Source: Staphylothermus hellenicus DSM 12710 (lineage in GTDB: Archaea; Thermoproteota; Thermoprotei_A; Sulfolobales; Desulfurococcaceae). Taken from it: 32,000 nucleotides of DNA. The notes beneath the pieces are model-generated. The model was not told where the DNA came from and searched no databases. It saw nothing but the letters and a program-made list of their open reading frames with translations. The position numbers and the translations under genes are program-made. The stretch is from the NCBI RefSeq assembly GCF_000092465.1, contig NC_014205.1, positions 180,001-212,000 on the forward strand, in the 5' to 3' direction. Below, one piece after another: positions 16,193-26,564 of the stretch (position 1 is the stretch's first letter; every line of letters starts with the position of its first letter).

Positions 16193-17098
16193 TTATTTCC
16201 TATGCGCATATCCTATAATATCCGATATTCTTGAAAACCCTTTCTCCTCCATATACTTCTTGACACCATCAAGTATATTATGAACTATATCGTATCCAAC
16301 CATGTAGAACCCCGTACCTATCTGAACAGCTTTCGCGCCAGCAAGTAACAGTTCAACACATGTTTTCCAATCAACTACCCCGCCCACACCTATTATTTCA
16401 GCTCCAAGCTCTTCATACACCTTATAAACACTATACACAGCTACCGGATGTATTGCTGGCCCAGACAATCCTCCATACCCATGTGTTAATACAGGTTTAC
16501 CAACATATACATCAATAAACATGCCGGGCAAAGTATTTATTAAAACAACAGCGTCAACCCCATTACTCAACAATATCTCTGATTCACGGACAATCCTCCT
16601 ACTAAAACCAAGCTTACCCCATACAGGAATACTGGAAATACTAGATACGTTTAGAGCAATATGTTTTAAGGCCTTATCCGTGGCAGCCGCGTCAACACCG
16701 AAGCCTGGGGTGTGTGGGCAGCTAAGATTAAGCTCTAAAGCTTCTGGCTTCGCATCTAATGCTTTCTCAGCTAATACTTGGAATTCCCCTGGATCCCGTC
16801 CACCAATACTCACAATAGCGGGTAATCCATATCTATGAATTTCTTCAACAAGAACATTTACAGCATCAATACCTGGATTGGCAAGTCCAACAGCATTAAG
16901 TAATCCATAATCTAGCGGAATAGTTATTGGGGGCAAATATCCTTCCCTAGGCTCGAGTGTGAGGGTTTTTGTTACAATACCTGCTACTCCGGTTTTTGCA
17001 AGAATCCTTACACCATTAATACTTGCTGCTAAGATACCGCTAGCATTCATTACTGGGTGTTTGAAAACTATACCTGTAACACTAGTTGTTAAATCCAT
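16193..17098 (-). CDS. pyrD: Dihydroorotate dehydrogenase, catalytic subunit (class 1B type)
   Basis: 301 aa with NASG, ELNLSCPHT and GGLSGPAIHP motifs. It lies in an operon with pyrK. Confidence 0.9.
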   Translation of the reverse strand: MDLTTSVTGIVFKHPVMNASGILAASINGVRILAKTGVAGIVTKTLTLEPREGYLPPITIPLDYGLLNAVGLANPGIDAVNVLVEEIHRYGLPAIVSIGGRDPGEFQVLAEKALDAKPEALELNLSCPHTPGFGVDAAATDKALKHIALNVSSISSIPVWGKLGFSRRIVRESEILLSNGVDAVVLINTLPGMFIDVYVGKPVLTHGYGGLSGPAIHPVAVYSVYKVYEELGAEIIGVGGVVDWKTCVELLLAGAKAVQIGTGFYMVGYDIVHNILDGVKKYMEEKGFSRISDIIGYAHRK

Positions 17099-18393
17099 GA
17101 ATAACCCTCCACAACACCAACTGCTTCTCCGCGAAGCCTTCGTGAAAAACCTTTTCCACGGTGGAAACCTAGTTCTCCACCAACAATTGTTGCTTCAACA
17201 CATGAGTGGAATTCCCAAGAATCATATACACTATATTTTGCTTTAGAAACAATATATTCTGGCTTAATCCTTGTCTTACAGTTAAACCTAGTAATTGATA
17301 AATTACCTCTACAACCCCTACATAACACGCCATATTTTCTTAAACCAAGAATTCTGGATGGATTATAGCTTAGTAAACGATACATTTGGTCAAGGCTAAT
17401 AATTCCTTTCGAAACAAGATCTCCTGCAAAAACACTCAGTACTTCAACACCATTAATGCCTGGAGGACATGTTTTTGGACAACACATTTTCTCCATTACA
17501 CCATGGGGTGCGTGATCGCTTGCTAAGACATCTATATGGCCTGATACGAATAAATCATATAGTAGGGCCCGGTTCTGGTGATCCCTTATGGGTGGCAGGA
17601 CTTTTACGTAGCAGTTTTTAGCATTAAATCTTTCATAATCCAATAACAGGTAGTGGGGACAAGTATCAACTGTGTATCCGAATCTCTTAGCTTCTAGTAG
17701 TGATAAATAACTAGTTATATGTGTTATATGTGTTTTAACATTGAATTTACTGTTTAAGATGGAAATATGCCGTATGGATTCGGTTTCAATCCTGACATCT
17801 CTAAACCAATAATACTCGTCCAGACCAGTCCTATACTTATCTATCATGTATTGTTCTTCGGGATGAAGAATTAGTATCTTATTTGTTTTTCCTAGTTTCT
17901 CAAGCGCATAATCCAGTGTTGGAGCACCGATTTTTTCAGGATAGAGTTTAATACCCATTACTATGGGGTTTCTAATCATTTGTTCAACATCTAATTTGTT
18001 CTCGGGAACATCTATGTATACATAGTAATCTGTATATGAGTTGTTCTCCAATATCTTTATTCTCTTCTCGAGGGTGGAGAGATTATTTATTCTGGGAACA
18101 GTATTGGGCATTTCTCCAACAACAGTGATTCCCCCATGCAGTGCTGCTTTGGTACCGGTTTCTATTGTTTCCTTATATGATTGCTTGAAATCTCTAAGAT
18201 GTACATGTATATCTATGAATCCTGGAAAAGCTATGACGTTTTTATCTCTTCTATAATCGAGGACTATTTCGCCGGATACATTCTCCCATGGATCAAGTGT
18301 TTCCTTGATGAAACCATTCTCAATAACTAGTGTGGCTTTTCTTAACCCATGCAAATCATATATTAGTCCACGATAAACTATTTGGGGAATCAA
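17089..18393 (-). CDS. pyrC: Dihydroorotase
   Basis: 434 aa with the amidohydrolase signature GFIDIHVHLRD and a later SDHAPH. It lies between pyrK and pyrD. Confidence 0.85.
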   Translation of the reverse strand: MIPQIVYRGLIYDLHGLRKATLVIENGFIKETLDPWENVSGEIVLDYRRDKNVIAFPGFIDIHVHLRDFKQSYKETIETGTKAALHGGITVVGEMPNTVPRINNLSTLEKRIKILENNSYTDYYVYIDVPENKLDVEQMIRNPIVMGIKLYPEKIGAPTLDYALEKLGKTNKILILHPEEQYMIDKYRTGLDEYYWFRDVRIETESIRHISILNSKFNVKTHITHITSYLSLLEAKRFGYTVDTCPHYLLLDYERFNAKNCYVKVLPPIRDHQNRALLYDLFVSGHIDVLASDHAPHGVMEKMCCPKTCPPGINGVEVLSVFAGDLVSKGIISLDQMYRLLSYNPSRILGLRKYGVLCRGCRGNLSITRFNCKTRIKPEYIVSKAKYSVYDSWEFHSCVEATIVGGELGFHRGKGFSRRLRGEAVGVVEGYSWI

Positions 18394-19166
18394 CTATAGA
18401 CCCTCACAGTATCTTCGTAGTTGAATAATGGGCCGTCAATACAGAGAAGCTTATCGAGTTTTCCCAATGAGCATTTACCACATAAGCCTATGCCGCACTT
18501 AATTGTTTCCTCAAGTATAAAGTAGTGGTTAACAGTATTATTCACCTTGTCAAGCATGTTCTTGATCATTTCCGGAGGCCCCGATACTATGACTGCATCA
18601 TATCCTTCTAAGTTAATCCTTGTATATGCATCTAGGATTGTTCCTTGATAATCGCATTCTCCGAGGCATGCAGTATAGGGTTTTCCGCCTAGTTTACTTA
18701 TAAGTCTCGGCGCATCCCCTATTTCTCCTCTTCTCCAACACCCAAATAATACGTGGCACTTGTGAGGGGTGCAGCCTAGATATTTTAAATAGTATAGTAT
18801 GGGGGCTAAACCGCTTCCCCCAGCTATGAACAAGAACTTGTTGCCGGGTGGGATATATTCTCTGCCCAGGAAACCATACATGCCTAGATAGCTTCCACAA
18901 CTCATGGATGCCAAGTATTTAGTAGTAGGCCCTACTGGTTTAACAAGTATTGATAAAGTATTGTTTTCACCGTTAAAACCTGCAACGCTCATCGGGATAG
19001 CTTCGTATCCTGGAACCCATAACATAATGAATTGTGGCGGTTTTGGCTCAGTAACTGGTTTATCCAATGTTTTAAACATTAAAAGGTATAGGTTTGATGA
19101 GATCTTGTTATTGCTTAGCAGTTTAATACTATAGTATCTAATACTATGTTTCAATATAGTCTTCAA
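18390..19166 (-). CDS. pyrK: Dihydroorotate dehydrogenase electron-transfer subunit
   Basis: 258 aa with IPMSV (RPxS-like FAD site), FIAGGSGLAPI and the C-terminal 2Fe-2S ligand motif CGIGLCGKC. Confidence 0.8.
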   Translation of the reverse strand: MKTILKHSIRYYSIKLLSNNKISSNLYLLMFKTLDKPVTEPKPPQFIMLWVPGYEAIPMSVAGFNGENNTLSILVKPVGPTTKYLASMSCGSYLGMYGFLGREYIPPGNKFLFIAGGSGLAPILYYLKYLGCTPHKCHVLFGCWRRGEIGDAPRLISKLGGKPYTACLGECDYQGTILDAYTRINLEGYDAVIVSGPPEMIKNMLDKVNNTVNHYFILEETIKCGIGLCGKCSLGKLDKLLCIDGPLFNYEDTVRVYS

Positions 19167-19629
19167 TCTCGTCGCCCCTTAAAACATATCCGCAATACTG
19201 GCATTCCAGCATAATTGGATTAGTTGATTTCAGCTTAAACAATGACTTAATGGGTTCGTTTTTCTTCCTAGATATACATGTGGGGTTTGGGCACTTGATC
19301 AAGCCCTTAACTATGCTTGGAGGCTTAACTTTTTGTTTCTCTACAACCTTGTATTCTTTAATAATATTTATTGTAGCGGTTGGAGCTATTAATGCTATGA
19401 GGCTTAATTCTTTCATTGATAGATATTTTTCTTCGATTTTAACTATGTCTTTTCTGCCAAGTTTTCTGCTTTCAACATTCATTACTAGGGCTACTCGTAA
19501 TCCTTCACTACCAGTTATTCCAAGCACTTTCAGAACCTTTAATGCTTTACCGGCGGGTATGTGGTCTATAACTATTCCATTCCTAATTTTTGTGACAACA
19601 AGTTTTTCCTCCATTCTTAATCCCTCCAA
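19144..19629 (-). CDS. pyrI: Aspartate carbamoyltransferase regulatory subunit
   Basis: 161 aa with KIRNGIVIDHIPAG and the Zn site CPNPTC...CQYCG. It lies directly downstream of pyrB. Confidence 0.9.
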   Translation of the reverse strand: MEGLRMEEKLVVTKIRNGIVIDHIPAGKALKVLKVLGITGSEGLRVALVMNVESRKLGRKDIVKIEEKYLSMKELSLIALIAPTATINIIKEYKVVEKQKVKPPSIVKGLIKCPNPTCISRKKNEPIKSLFKLKSTNPIMLECQYCGYVLRGDEIEDYIET

Positions 19630-20552
19630 ACACCTAGTACGAGGGATAATAGAGCCATTCTCAATGGAACCCCTAGCTTGGCTTGGTAGAAATATGCTGC
19701 ATAAGGTGTTTCATCAACTCTATAATCTATCTCGTCTATTTTTGGTAGTGGGTGAAGTATTCTAAACTCTTTCTTAACATTTCTCAATATATCAATACTT
19801 ATCCGGTATAGGTTCTTAACCCTCTCATACTCTATGGGATCAGGGTATCTCTCCTTCTGAATTCTCGTAACATATAGTACATCTAGTTCATCGATAACGT
19901 CTTGTAGACTAGTTGTTTCCTCAAACGGTAATCTAAGCTCAACTATTTTGTTTCTAACCTCTTCTCTCAGCCTAAGTATTCCGGGAGATATCAAGTATAC
20001 TTTTCTCGGTTTAAACCTTGTTAAACCATATAGGAGGCTTGCTATTGTCCTAGCATATTTTAGGTCTCCTAGAATACCTATTGTTAACCCATCTATTCCT
20101 CCAAATATTTTATACATAGTGTATAAATCAATCATTGCCTGGGTTGGATGCTCATGTCTACCATCTCCTCCATTGATTACAGGGTTTTCCGCTATTTCTG
20201 CAGCGTACCTAGCTGTTCCCTCATATTTTGACCTAATAACTATTAGGTCACTGTATGAGTCAAGCATTCTAATAGTGTCAGCATAGTTTTCTCCCTTTGC
20301 TAGACTAGTAGCTGTTTCACTTGTGAATACAAGTGTTTTCCCGCCCAGCCTATATGTTGCTGATTGAAAACTATACATTGTCCTAGTGCTTGGTTCGAGG
20401 AATGCTAAAGCAATAATGTATCCGTCCAGCAAATTCAGCTTCTTTTTCTCAGACAAGTATTTCTCCATTTGATCAGCTACTGAGAAGAGATATTCTAAGT
20501 TTTCACGGCTATAATCCAGTATGCTTAATACGTCTCCTCTGGGAAAACTCAT
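19617..20552 (-). CDS. pyrB: Aspartate carbamoyltransferase catalytic subunit
   Basis: 311 aa with STRTMYSF, HEHPTQA and HPLPK motifs. Confidence 0.92.
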   Translation of the reverse strand: MSFPRGDVLSILDYSRENLEYLFSVADQMEKYLSEKKKLNLLDGYIIALAFLEPSTRTMYSFQSATYRLGGKTLVFTSETATSLAKGENYADTIRMLDSYSDLIVIRSKYEGTARYAAEIAENPVINGGDGRHEHPTQAMIDLYTMYKIFGGIDGLTIGILGDLKYARTIASLLYGLTRFKPRKVYLISPGILRLREEVRNKIVELRLPFEETTSLQDVIDELDVLYVTRIQKERYPDPIEYERVKNLYRISIDILRNVKKEFRILHPLPKIDEIDYRVDETPYAAYFYQAKLGVPLRMALLSLVLGVWRD

Positions 20553-20591
20553 GTGCCCGGCTCAATCTATGGTGAAAACAGAATTATAAGT

Positions 20592-21203
20592 TTAACCATG
20601 TGTTTCCCTATCCAGGTAATTCTTGATCATATAATATGTTTGTTCATCGATTATTCTATGCTTCACTAATACATTTATTATAAACCATGTATTCATGAGA
20701 GAGACTAGTTCAACACCTAGCCGTCTAAGCCTCTCCCTAGCCCCCTCCTGTCTATCTATAAAAACAAATGCTTTCTCAACAGTTCCACCCTCACTTCTTA
20801 CCGCATTAACTGCATGCTCTAAACTACCACCGGTTGTTGCTACATCATCAACTACTAAAACCTTTTTACCAGTAACTATTCCCTCGACAAGTCTCCTAGT
20901 ACCATGTTGCTTAGGCTTCTTCCTCACATAACCTACAGGCTTACGTGTTCTGCACGCTATGAATGATGCATGAATTATTCCAGCAGACTCTATACCCACA
21001 ACTATATCGAATTTTAGGGGTTTCAGCTTAGATATGGAGATATCGATTATTCTAGAATATATATCATAGTAGCTTGGCAGAATTCTTAAATCAATATAGT
21101 AGGGGCTTATTTTTCCACTCGTTAACCTGTACTCGCCGATCTTGAATAGTTTATTCCTATAAAGATCTATAACTATTTCCTCGAGGACGGATTCGTTTTT
21201 CAC
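20592..21203 (-). CDS. pyrE: Orotate phosphoribosyltransferase
   Basis: 203 aa with the PRPP-binding motif VLVVDDVATTGGS, in a pyr operon context. Confidence 0.85.
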   Translation of the reverse strand: MKNESVLEEIVIDLYRNKLFKIGEYRLTSGKISPYYIDLRILPSYYDIYSRIIDISISKLKPLKFDIVVGIESAGIIHASFIACRTRKPVGYVRKKPKQHGTRRLVEGIVTGKKVLVVDDVATTGGSLEHAVNAVRSEGGTVEKAFVFIDRQEGARERLRRLGVELVSLMNTWFIINVLVKHRIIDEQTYYMIKNYLDRETHG

Positions 21204-21892
21204 CTATGATCCTCTCCAACAATGTCTTTATGGATCTTGTTTGTTTCCTCTATGATCTTAACTGGATTGTTTGATAATGTAATCATTCTACCAATTATTT
21301 CATAATCAGCTCCGAAACGAATAGCTGTGCCGGGAGCGGCTCCTTGAGCACCTATTCCCGGGGAAAATATTTTTGCGGGGATATTGTTTTCTAATAGGAA
21401 ATTTTTAATCTCAACTATTCTCTCCGGCCGAGTAGCTGGTGCGACAAGGCCCCATGGTTTAAGCTTCTTTATAGCTTCTAGTATATGGGGTAAGCACTTA
21501 TCTATAATATCTAGTGATCCCTTATGGCTCATTGATGCTACTAGTAATAGTTTAGAATTATGTTTTGATAGAAACTCTTTTAACTTGAGTAGTCCTCCTT
21601 CTAAACCTATGAATGCGTGTGCAATATATGTATTATATCCTATTTTGACTAGTTGATCCACTGTATTAATCATTATCGGCGCTATGTCGGCTAGTTTGAA
21701 ATCTATGATCCAGTAATGCTTGTTATCAATTAGTTTCGATATTTCCTTAAATCCTTCTAAACCATATCTTATGAGGAATGGTAATCCAAACTTGTATCCA
21801 GCAACTAGTTTCTTAGTTGTATTGATGAAGTCGATGAACCAGTTTAGGGGCTTGTTTGTTATGTCGAGAGCTACTATTATCCTACTATTCAA
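21200..21892 (-). CDS. pyrF: Orotidine 5'-phosphate decarboxylase
   Basis: 230 aa with IIVALD ... DFKLADI (the DxKxxDI signature), in an operon context. Confidence 0.8.
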   Translation of the reverse strand: MNSRIIVALDITNKPLNWFIDFINTTKKLVAGYKFGLPFLIRYGLEGFKEISKLIDNKHYWIIDFKLADIAPIMINTVDQLVKIGYNTYIAHAFIGLEGGLLKLKEFLSKHNSKLLLVASMSHKGSLDIIDKCLPHILEAIKKLKPWGLVAPATRPERIVEIKNFLLENNIPAKIFSPGIGAQGAAPGTAIRFGADYEIIGRMITLSNNPVKIIEETNKIHKDIVGEDHR

Positions 21893-23493
21893 TGCTTCAA
21901 CTCCTCAACTATTTTCTTTATGAAATAATAATATATGGGGGCTGGTGTTAATGGTCTGCTTTTGAATTCTGGGTGTGGCTGAGACCCGAAGTATAGTGTT
22001 TTATATTTTGGTAGCTCGATGAATTCCGGGTATTTCTCAGGGCTCCAACCACTTATTTTTAGACCGGTGTTTTCGAGTTTATCGATGTATTTAGGGTTGA
22101 CTTCGTATCTATGCCTGTGTCTTTCGTAAACTATTTCTTTACGGTAGATTTGCCATGCAATAGTGTTTTTCTCAATATGTATTGGGTGTGCTCCAAGCCT
22201 CATTGTTCCTCCCAGGTGTTTAACATTGTACTGGCTTGGCAATAGATCAATTACTGGATGCGGCGTGTTTGGATCTATTTCTCTACTATTTGCTCTCTCT
22301 AATCCTACAACGTTTCTAGCGTATTCGACAACCATTAATTGCATTCCAAAACATATTCCCAGCAATGGCTTATTGTTTTCTCTCAGGAAATTTATGGCTT
22401 TGATCTTGCCTTCTGCTCCTCTCTTACCGAATCCTGGCAGGATAACTGCTCCATCATAATCCAGTAGTTTTTCCAGAGATAATTTTCCGTTCTCAATATT
22501 TGTTGCTTCAAACCATCCAAGCTCTATTCCCGTATTATTCCATGCTCCAGCATGTTTTAATGCTTCAATTATGCTTATATAGCTGTCATGGAGCTTAGTA
22601 TATTTTCCAATCATAGCGATCCTTATTTTCTTCTCTGGATTAGTTAGTTTTTCTAAGAAATCATACCATTTAGATAGATCTGGTTCTCGATACTCTAGCC
22701 TCAGCTTCTCGGCGAGATATCTAGTATATCCTTGTCTATGTAGAATTATTGGGATTCGATAAATAGTGTCTACATCTGGATCACTATAAACTGCTTCTTT
22801 CGACAAATTAGAATATAATGCTATTTTAGCTCTATTCTCCTCCTCTAATTCTCTAGGTGAGCGAACAACTACTATGTCTGGTTGAATACCTATTCTTCTA
22901 AGCTCCTGAATACTATGTTGTACAGGCTTTGTTTTTTGTTCACCAGTAGATATTATTGGTGCTAAAGCTACATGTATTGCTACAGTATTTCCATAACCCT
23001 CCTCTATACGCATCTGCCTAATTGCTTCTAGGAAAGGTAATCCTTCAATATCGCCAACGGTTCCACCGATCTCTACGAGAACTATGTCTGCATGTGTTTC
23101 ATTTGCAATACTTCTTATTCTCTCCTTAATCTCATCTGTTACATGCGGTATTATCTGTACGCATTTCCCTAGATACTCTCCTCTACGCTCCTTCATGATG
23201 ACACTATAGTAGATCTGGCCTGTGGTAATATTGTGTTTCTTGGTTAGGTTCTGGTCTAGGAACCTCTCATAATGGCCGATATCAAGATCTGTTTCTCCGC
23301 CGTCTTCTGTAACAAATACTTCTCCATGCATATATGGATTCATTGTTCCAGCATCAACGTTGACGTATGGGTCAATCTTTATAGCTGTTACATTATAGCC
23401 TATTGATTTCAATAATAAGCCTGTAGAAGCTGTTATAACTCCTTTCCCTAAACCAGATAATACTCCACCAGTTATAAATACGTATTTAACCAT
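21889..23493 (-). CDS. pyrG: CTP synthase
   Basis: 534 aa with the N-terminal [16 protein letters not shown], and the glutamine amidotransferase domain LGICFGMQ and HRHRYEVN. Confidence 0.95.
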   Translation of the reverse strand: MVKYVFITGGVLSGLGKGVITASTGLLLKSIGYNVTAIKIDPYVNVDAGTMNPYMHGEVFVTEDGGETDLDIGHYERFLDQNLTKKHNITTGQIYYSVIMKERRGEYLGKCVQIIPHVTDEIKERIRSIANETHADIVLVEIGGTVGDIEGLPFLEAIRQMRIEEGYGNTVAIHVALAPIISTGEQKTKPVQHSIQELRRIGIQPDIVVVRSPRELEEENRAKIALYSNLSKEAVYSDPDVDTIYRIPIILHRQGYTRYLAEKLRLEYREPDLSKWYDFLEKLTNPEKKIRIAMIGKYTKLHDSYISIIEALKHAGAWNNTGIELGWFEATNIENGKLSLEKLLDYDGAVILPGFGKRGAEGKIKAINFLRENNKPLLGICFGMQLMVVEYARNVVGLERANSREIDPNTPHPVIDLLPSQYNVKHLGGTMRLGAHPIHIEKNTIAWQIYRKEIVYERHRHRYEVNPKYIDKLENTGLKISGWSPEKYPEFIELPKYKTLYFGSQPHPEFKSRPLTPAPIYYYFIKKIVEELKH

Positions 23494-23589
23494 GTGCCCA
23501 CCACATAGTAAGTTTTCAAAAGCTTAAAAACCTACCCCGGCTTTTCCTCAGCAATAAGTATTTATTATGTAATCATTATACATGTAATT

Positions 23590-24159
23590 ATGACTGGCGA
23601 GAAGATCAAGCTAGAATATATTTCTTGGAAACAACTCCACATAGCCCTAGTAAATCTAGCTAGGACTATGATTAGTGATGGTTATCGTCCCGACATAATA
23701 TATGCTGTTATTAAGGGCGGGCTTGTTCCTGCAAGGATATTGTCGGACCTGTTAGAAGTAGGCCGGATCGGTTTTATCGGTGTAAAATTCTATAAAGGCG
23801 TGGGAACCCGGGAAGCCAAACCAGAATTAACACTGCCACCAACTCATCCTGTGAGAAATAAAAATGTCTTAGTAGTTGATGATGTTGTTGATAGTGGTAG
23901 AACACTACAGTTAGTATTAGAGGAGCTAAACAGGTATGGTGCTAAAAACATTAAATCCCTAGTAATCTATGTAAAGCCTTGGAGCCCTATTTATCCAGAC
24001 TACTACTATAAGGAGACCCGTAACTGGGTAGTTTTCCCATGGGAAATGATCGAGACATATAGGGAAACAAGTATTAGTCCCGAAGATTTAGGCGAGGACA
24101 AAACTATTTTTCAAAGCATACTTAGAAGCCTATTTGGAAATCCTAGGAAAAATGCGTAG
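23590..24159 (+). CDS. Purine phosphoribosyltransferase (Gpt/Hpt-like)
   Basis: 189 aa with the PRPP motif VLVVDDVVDSGRT. The overall layout is Gpt-like (ISW..L......GGLVPARIL ... WVVFPWE). Confidence 0.75.
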   Translation: MTGEKIKLEYISWKQLHIALVNLARTMISDGYRPDIIYAVIKGGLVPARILSDLLEVGRIGFIGVKFYKGVGTREAKPELTLPPTHPVRNKNVLVVDDVVDSGRTLQLVLEELNRYGAKNIKSLVIYVKPWSPIYPDYYYKETRNWVVFPWEMIETYRETSISPEDLGEDKTIFQSILRSLFGNPRKNA

Positions 24160-25554
24160 TAGTTTCTTAGTGGTTCCAATAATTTTTTCGGCGACAACTC
24201 TATAATGTATTCTCGACAACCCTGCACTTACTACTTCAAATACGAATATGTAGCCGGTAATTGTTAGAACTAGTGAATATAATAGGTAGGATTCCTCATC
24301 GAAAACCATGAGGGAGAAACGGTCGAGAAGATTCCAAATATCCATGTTGGGCTCCCTTATATGTACATGTGCCCACCAACTTGTAGGGAACATTATCGGC
24401 CATAAACCTATAAGGAAAATATATAGGATAGCTAAGAATCTGCAACGAGTATATCCTCTGAGTTTTGCAAATAATATTATTGAGAAAGCAATTGCTGGGA
24501 CAAGATATTGGTGATTTACTCTCCAATATGTTGTTGTGAAAACTATGTATGCTAGGCTAGAATAGACTATTGGGTCGCGGTATCCAAGATAAGCTATCAG
24601 GATCATTGCTAATAGTGTGATAGCTGGTAACCACCAATATTCTATGAGGAACATCATATTCTTACCTGTGTGTTCATTAATATATGTTGCAAGACTAGAT
24701 AATCCATTAAAACTATAACATACTGGATAAGTATATCCTGGCTCACTAGATGATAAAGCATTGTTAATGAACATTTCTATACTGCTGAAACAAGCTAGTT
24801 CGAAAGGTATAAACAATACTAGTGCTCCAATAACTAGGCTTGAAACAAACAGGGTTTTTCTAAACCGTTTATCTCTCCTCATAATTAGATCATAGAATAT
24901 AAGAGCTGCTGAGAATAGAAATGTGTGTTTAAACCCGATGCTTAGTCCCGAAGAAAACGCTCCCAAAATTTTCCTCCAGGATTTATCTCCGCTGCGAACA
25001 TATAGTAAATATATGCCTACGAGAAAGAAGAAGAGAGGTATTTGATCAAACATTCCATAAATACTTGAAATATATATTGTCATTGGGTTGAAAGCATATA
25101 GTGAAGCTAGGATTGCTGAGGATTTCCATTTATAGCCTAAGCCCCTAATGATCACATAGATCATTATTGTAGATAATACATCGAACAATATAAATAATGA
25201 TTTAGAAGCAATTATCCAATCCATCGAAACATATACATAGTAAACCTGTTGATCCCAGTAATGAATTATGGGTGAGGAAGCAAGCAGTCTTAAAGGGGCT
25301 AAGAACAATACTAGTCCAGGCCCATAAACATATGGCCATGAATAAGGCCAGTTCTCGGTTGATGAGTGCTTTGTATCAGCAAATTTATAGAAGCATAAGC
25401 CGTGTCTCAGAAAAGTATCAGCGAAACCTGCAAACTGGGGTATGTCGCTGCCAGAAGTATAGGGAGCAACTATTAGTCGTGGTATAAGCATTAAAACAAC
25501 TATGATCAACACAGTAATTATATCTCTTTTATCCAAATTCACCAAGTACACCAT
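24130..25554 (-). CDS. Polytopic membrane protein, possible GT-C-type glycosyltransferase
   Basis: 474 aa, with more than 10 hydrophobic segments and an early acidic loop (TSGSDIPQFAGFADTF). The family assignment is tentative. Confidence 0.55.
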   Translation of the reverse strand: MVYLVNLDKRDIITVLIIVVLMLIPRLIVAPYTSGSDIPQFAGFADTFLRHGLCFYKFADTKHSSTENWPYSWPYVYGPGLVLFLAPLRLLASSPIIHYWDQQVYYVYVSMDWIIASKSLFILFDVLSTIMIYVIIRGLGYKWKSSAILASLYAFNPMTIYISSIYGMFDQIPLFFFLVGIYLLYVRSGDKSWRKILGAFSSGLSIGFKHTFLFSAALIFYDLIMRRDKRFRKTLFVSSLVIGALVLFIPFELACFSSIEMFINNALSSSEPGYTYPVCYSFNGLSSLATYINEHTGKNMMFLIEYWWLPAITLLAMILIAYLGYRDPIVYSSLAYIVFTTTYWRVNHQYLVPAIAFSIILFAKLRGYTRCRFLAILYIFLIGLWPIMFPTSWWAHVHIREPNMDIWNLLDRFSLMVFDEESYLLYSLVLTITGYIFVFEVVSAGLSRIHYRVVAEKIIGTTKKLLRIFPRISK

Positions 25555-25620
25555 AATTATTGGTTCAAAACAATAATTACACTATGCCAAATATTTAACA
25601 ATACCATATATGAAGAAAGG

Positions 25621-25695
25621 TGCCGCCGCCGGGATTTGAACCCGGGTCACGGGCTCGAAAGGCCCGCATACTTGGCCGGGCTATACTACGGCGGC
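25621..25695 (-). tRNA. tRNA-Glu (anticodon UUC), no intron
   Basis: The minus strand reads GCCGCCG-TA-...-CGGGC CTTTCGA GCCCG-TGAC-CCGGG TTCAAAT CCCGG-CGGCGGC-A. This is a cloverleaf with a 7-bp acceptor stem, followed by CC. Confidence 0.9.
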
Positions 25696-25880
25696 TACTT
25701 GCCTCCCCAACCCGCGCTTTTCTCGGTATATTTTTCTCCATAGTTAGAGACTTATATTTCTTGCCGCTAATTATTTCATTATTTCATAATAATATAATAT
25801 AAACTAATTACCAAGTATTAATTAATCCATACTGATAAAAAAGTATCTGGACAGGGTTGTTTCAGAAACGAATCTGAGAG

Positions 25881-26474
25881 GTGGTATGTATGAGGATTTG
25901 GGAGATTGCTAGAAAACCAAAGCTTGTGATTAGGGATTTATCGTTGCCCTTAAGTGTTGTTAGGAGCAAGGCTAGAAGGGCTGGTGAAACAGTTATCCCT
26001 GTATTAAAGGATCTGGTTGAGGATAAAGTAGTGGGTTATCTGACACCCATAGAGCTTATCATGCCAACCAGTCACCATACAACGATTAGGGTTAGGGATG
26101 CTTTAAGAGAGCATCCTGTTCTCTTCCAAGACATGAGTATTGGAGAAGTCTTCGATAAGCTTCGAGAATTTAAAACTATTGGCGCCCCAGTTGTTAACAG
26201 TGTTGATGAAATGAAGCTTCAGGGAGTTGTATCATATAATGATATATTGAATTATTTGATCAAGGCCGGTTATAGACCTATTGCTGAGAGTATAGCAGAG
26301 ATTATGACTGTTAAAGAACTAGATAAATACGTTGTTTCAGCAAATGATCGTGTTAACAAGGTTTGGAGCAGAATAGTTTATCGTGGACAACCAGGCGTTG
26401 TTGTTAGAAGCCTTGACGAACCTATTCCGCAGGGTATTCTAACATATCACGAGTTTATAAGAACTAGTAGATGA
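25881..26474 (+). CDS. CBS-domain protein
   Basis: 197 aa with repeated CBS-like modules (..VIPVLKD..VVGYLTPIELI; ..GAPVVNSVDEMKLQGVVSYNDIL; ..GVVVRSLDEPIPQGILTYHEFI). The ATG at 25890 may be the real start. Confidence 0.7.
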   Translation: MVCMRIWEIARKPKLVIRDLSLPLSVVRSKARRAGETVIPVLKDLVEDKVVGYLTPIELIMPTSHHTTIRVRDALREHPVLFQDMSIGEVFDKLREFKTIGAPVVNSVDEMKLQGVVSYNDILNYLIKAGYRPIAESIAEIMTVKELDKYVVSANDRVNKVWSRIVYRGQPGVVVRSLDEPIPQGILTYHEFIRTSR

Positions 26475-26564
26475 TTCTTCCACCGTGAAAGCGAACAACA
26501 CATAACCACGCCCTCCGAAACTGTTAAATATTTAATAGGCAAATGCAACACTTGATAAGCGGTT

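Noticed and set aside
16521-23000. Antisense ORFs inside the pyr genes (16521-16838, 16959-17246, 18041-18256, 18904-19134, 19250-19765, 19948-20286, 20695-20931, 21384-21656, 21720-21923, 22163-22459) and the same-strand, out-of-frame ORF 18694-18900 inside pyrK
   Set aside because: Each is fully contained in a strongly supported pyr coding region (on the opposite strand, or out of frame in the case of 18694-18900). The products are low-complexity, with no motifs.
25620-25802. 60-aa plus-strand ORF
   Set aside because: It overlaps the tRNA-Glu gene on the opposite strand, and the GC-rich tRNA sequence creates the open frame.
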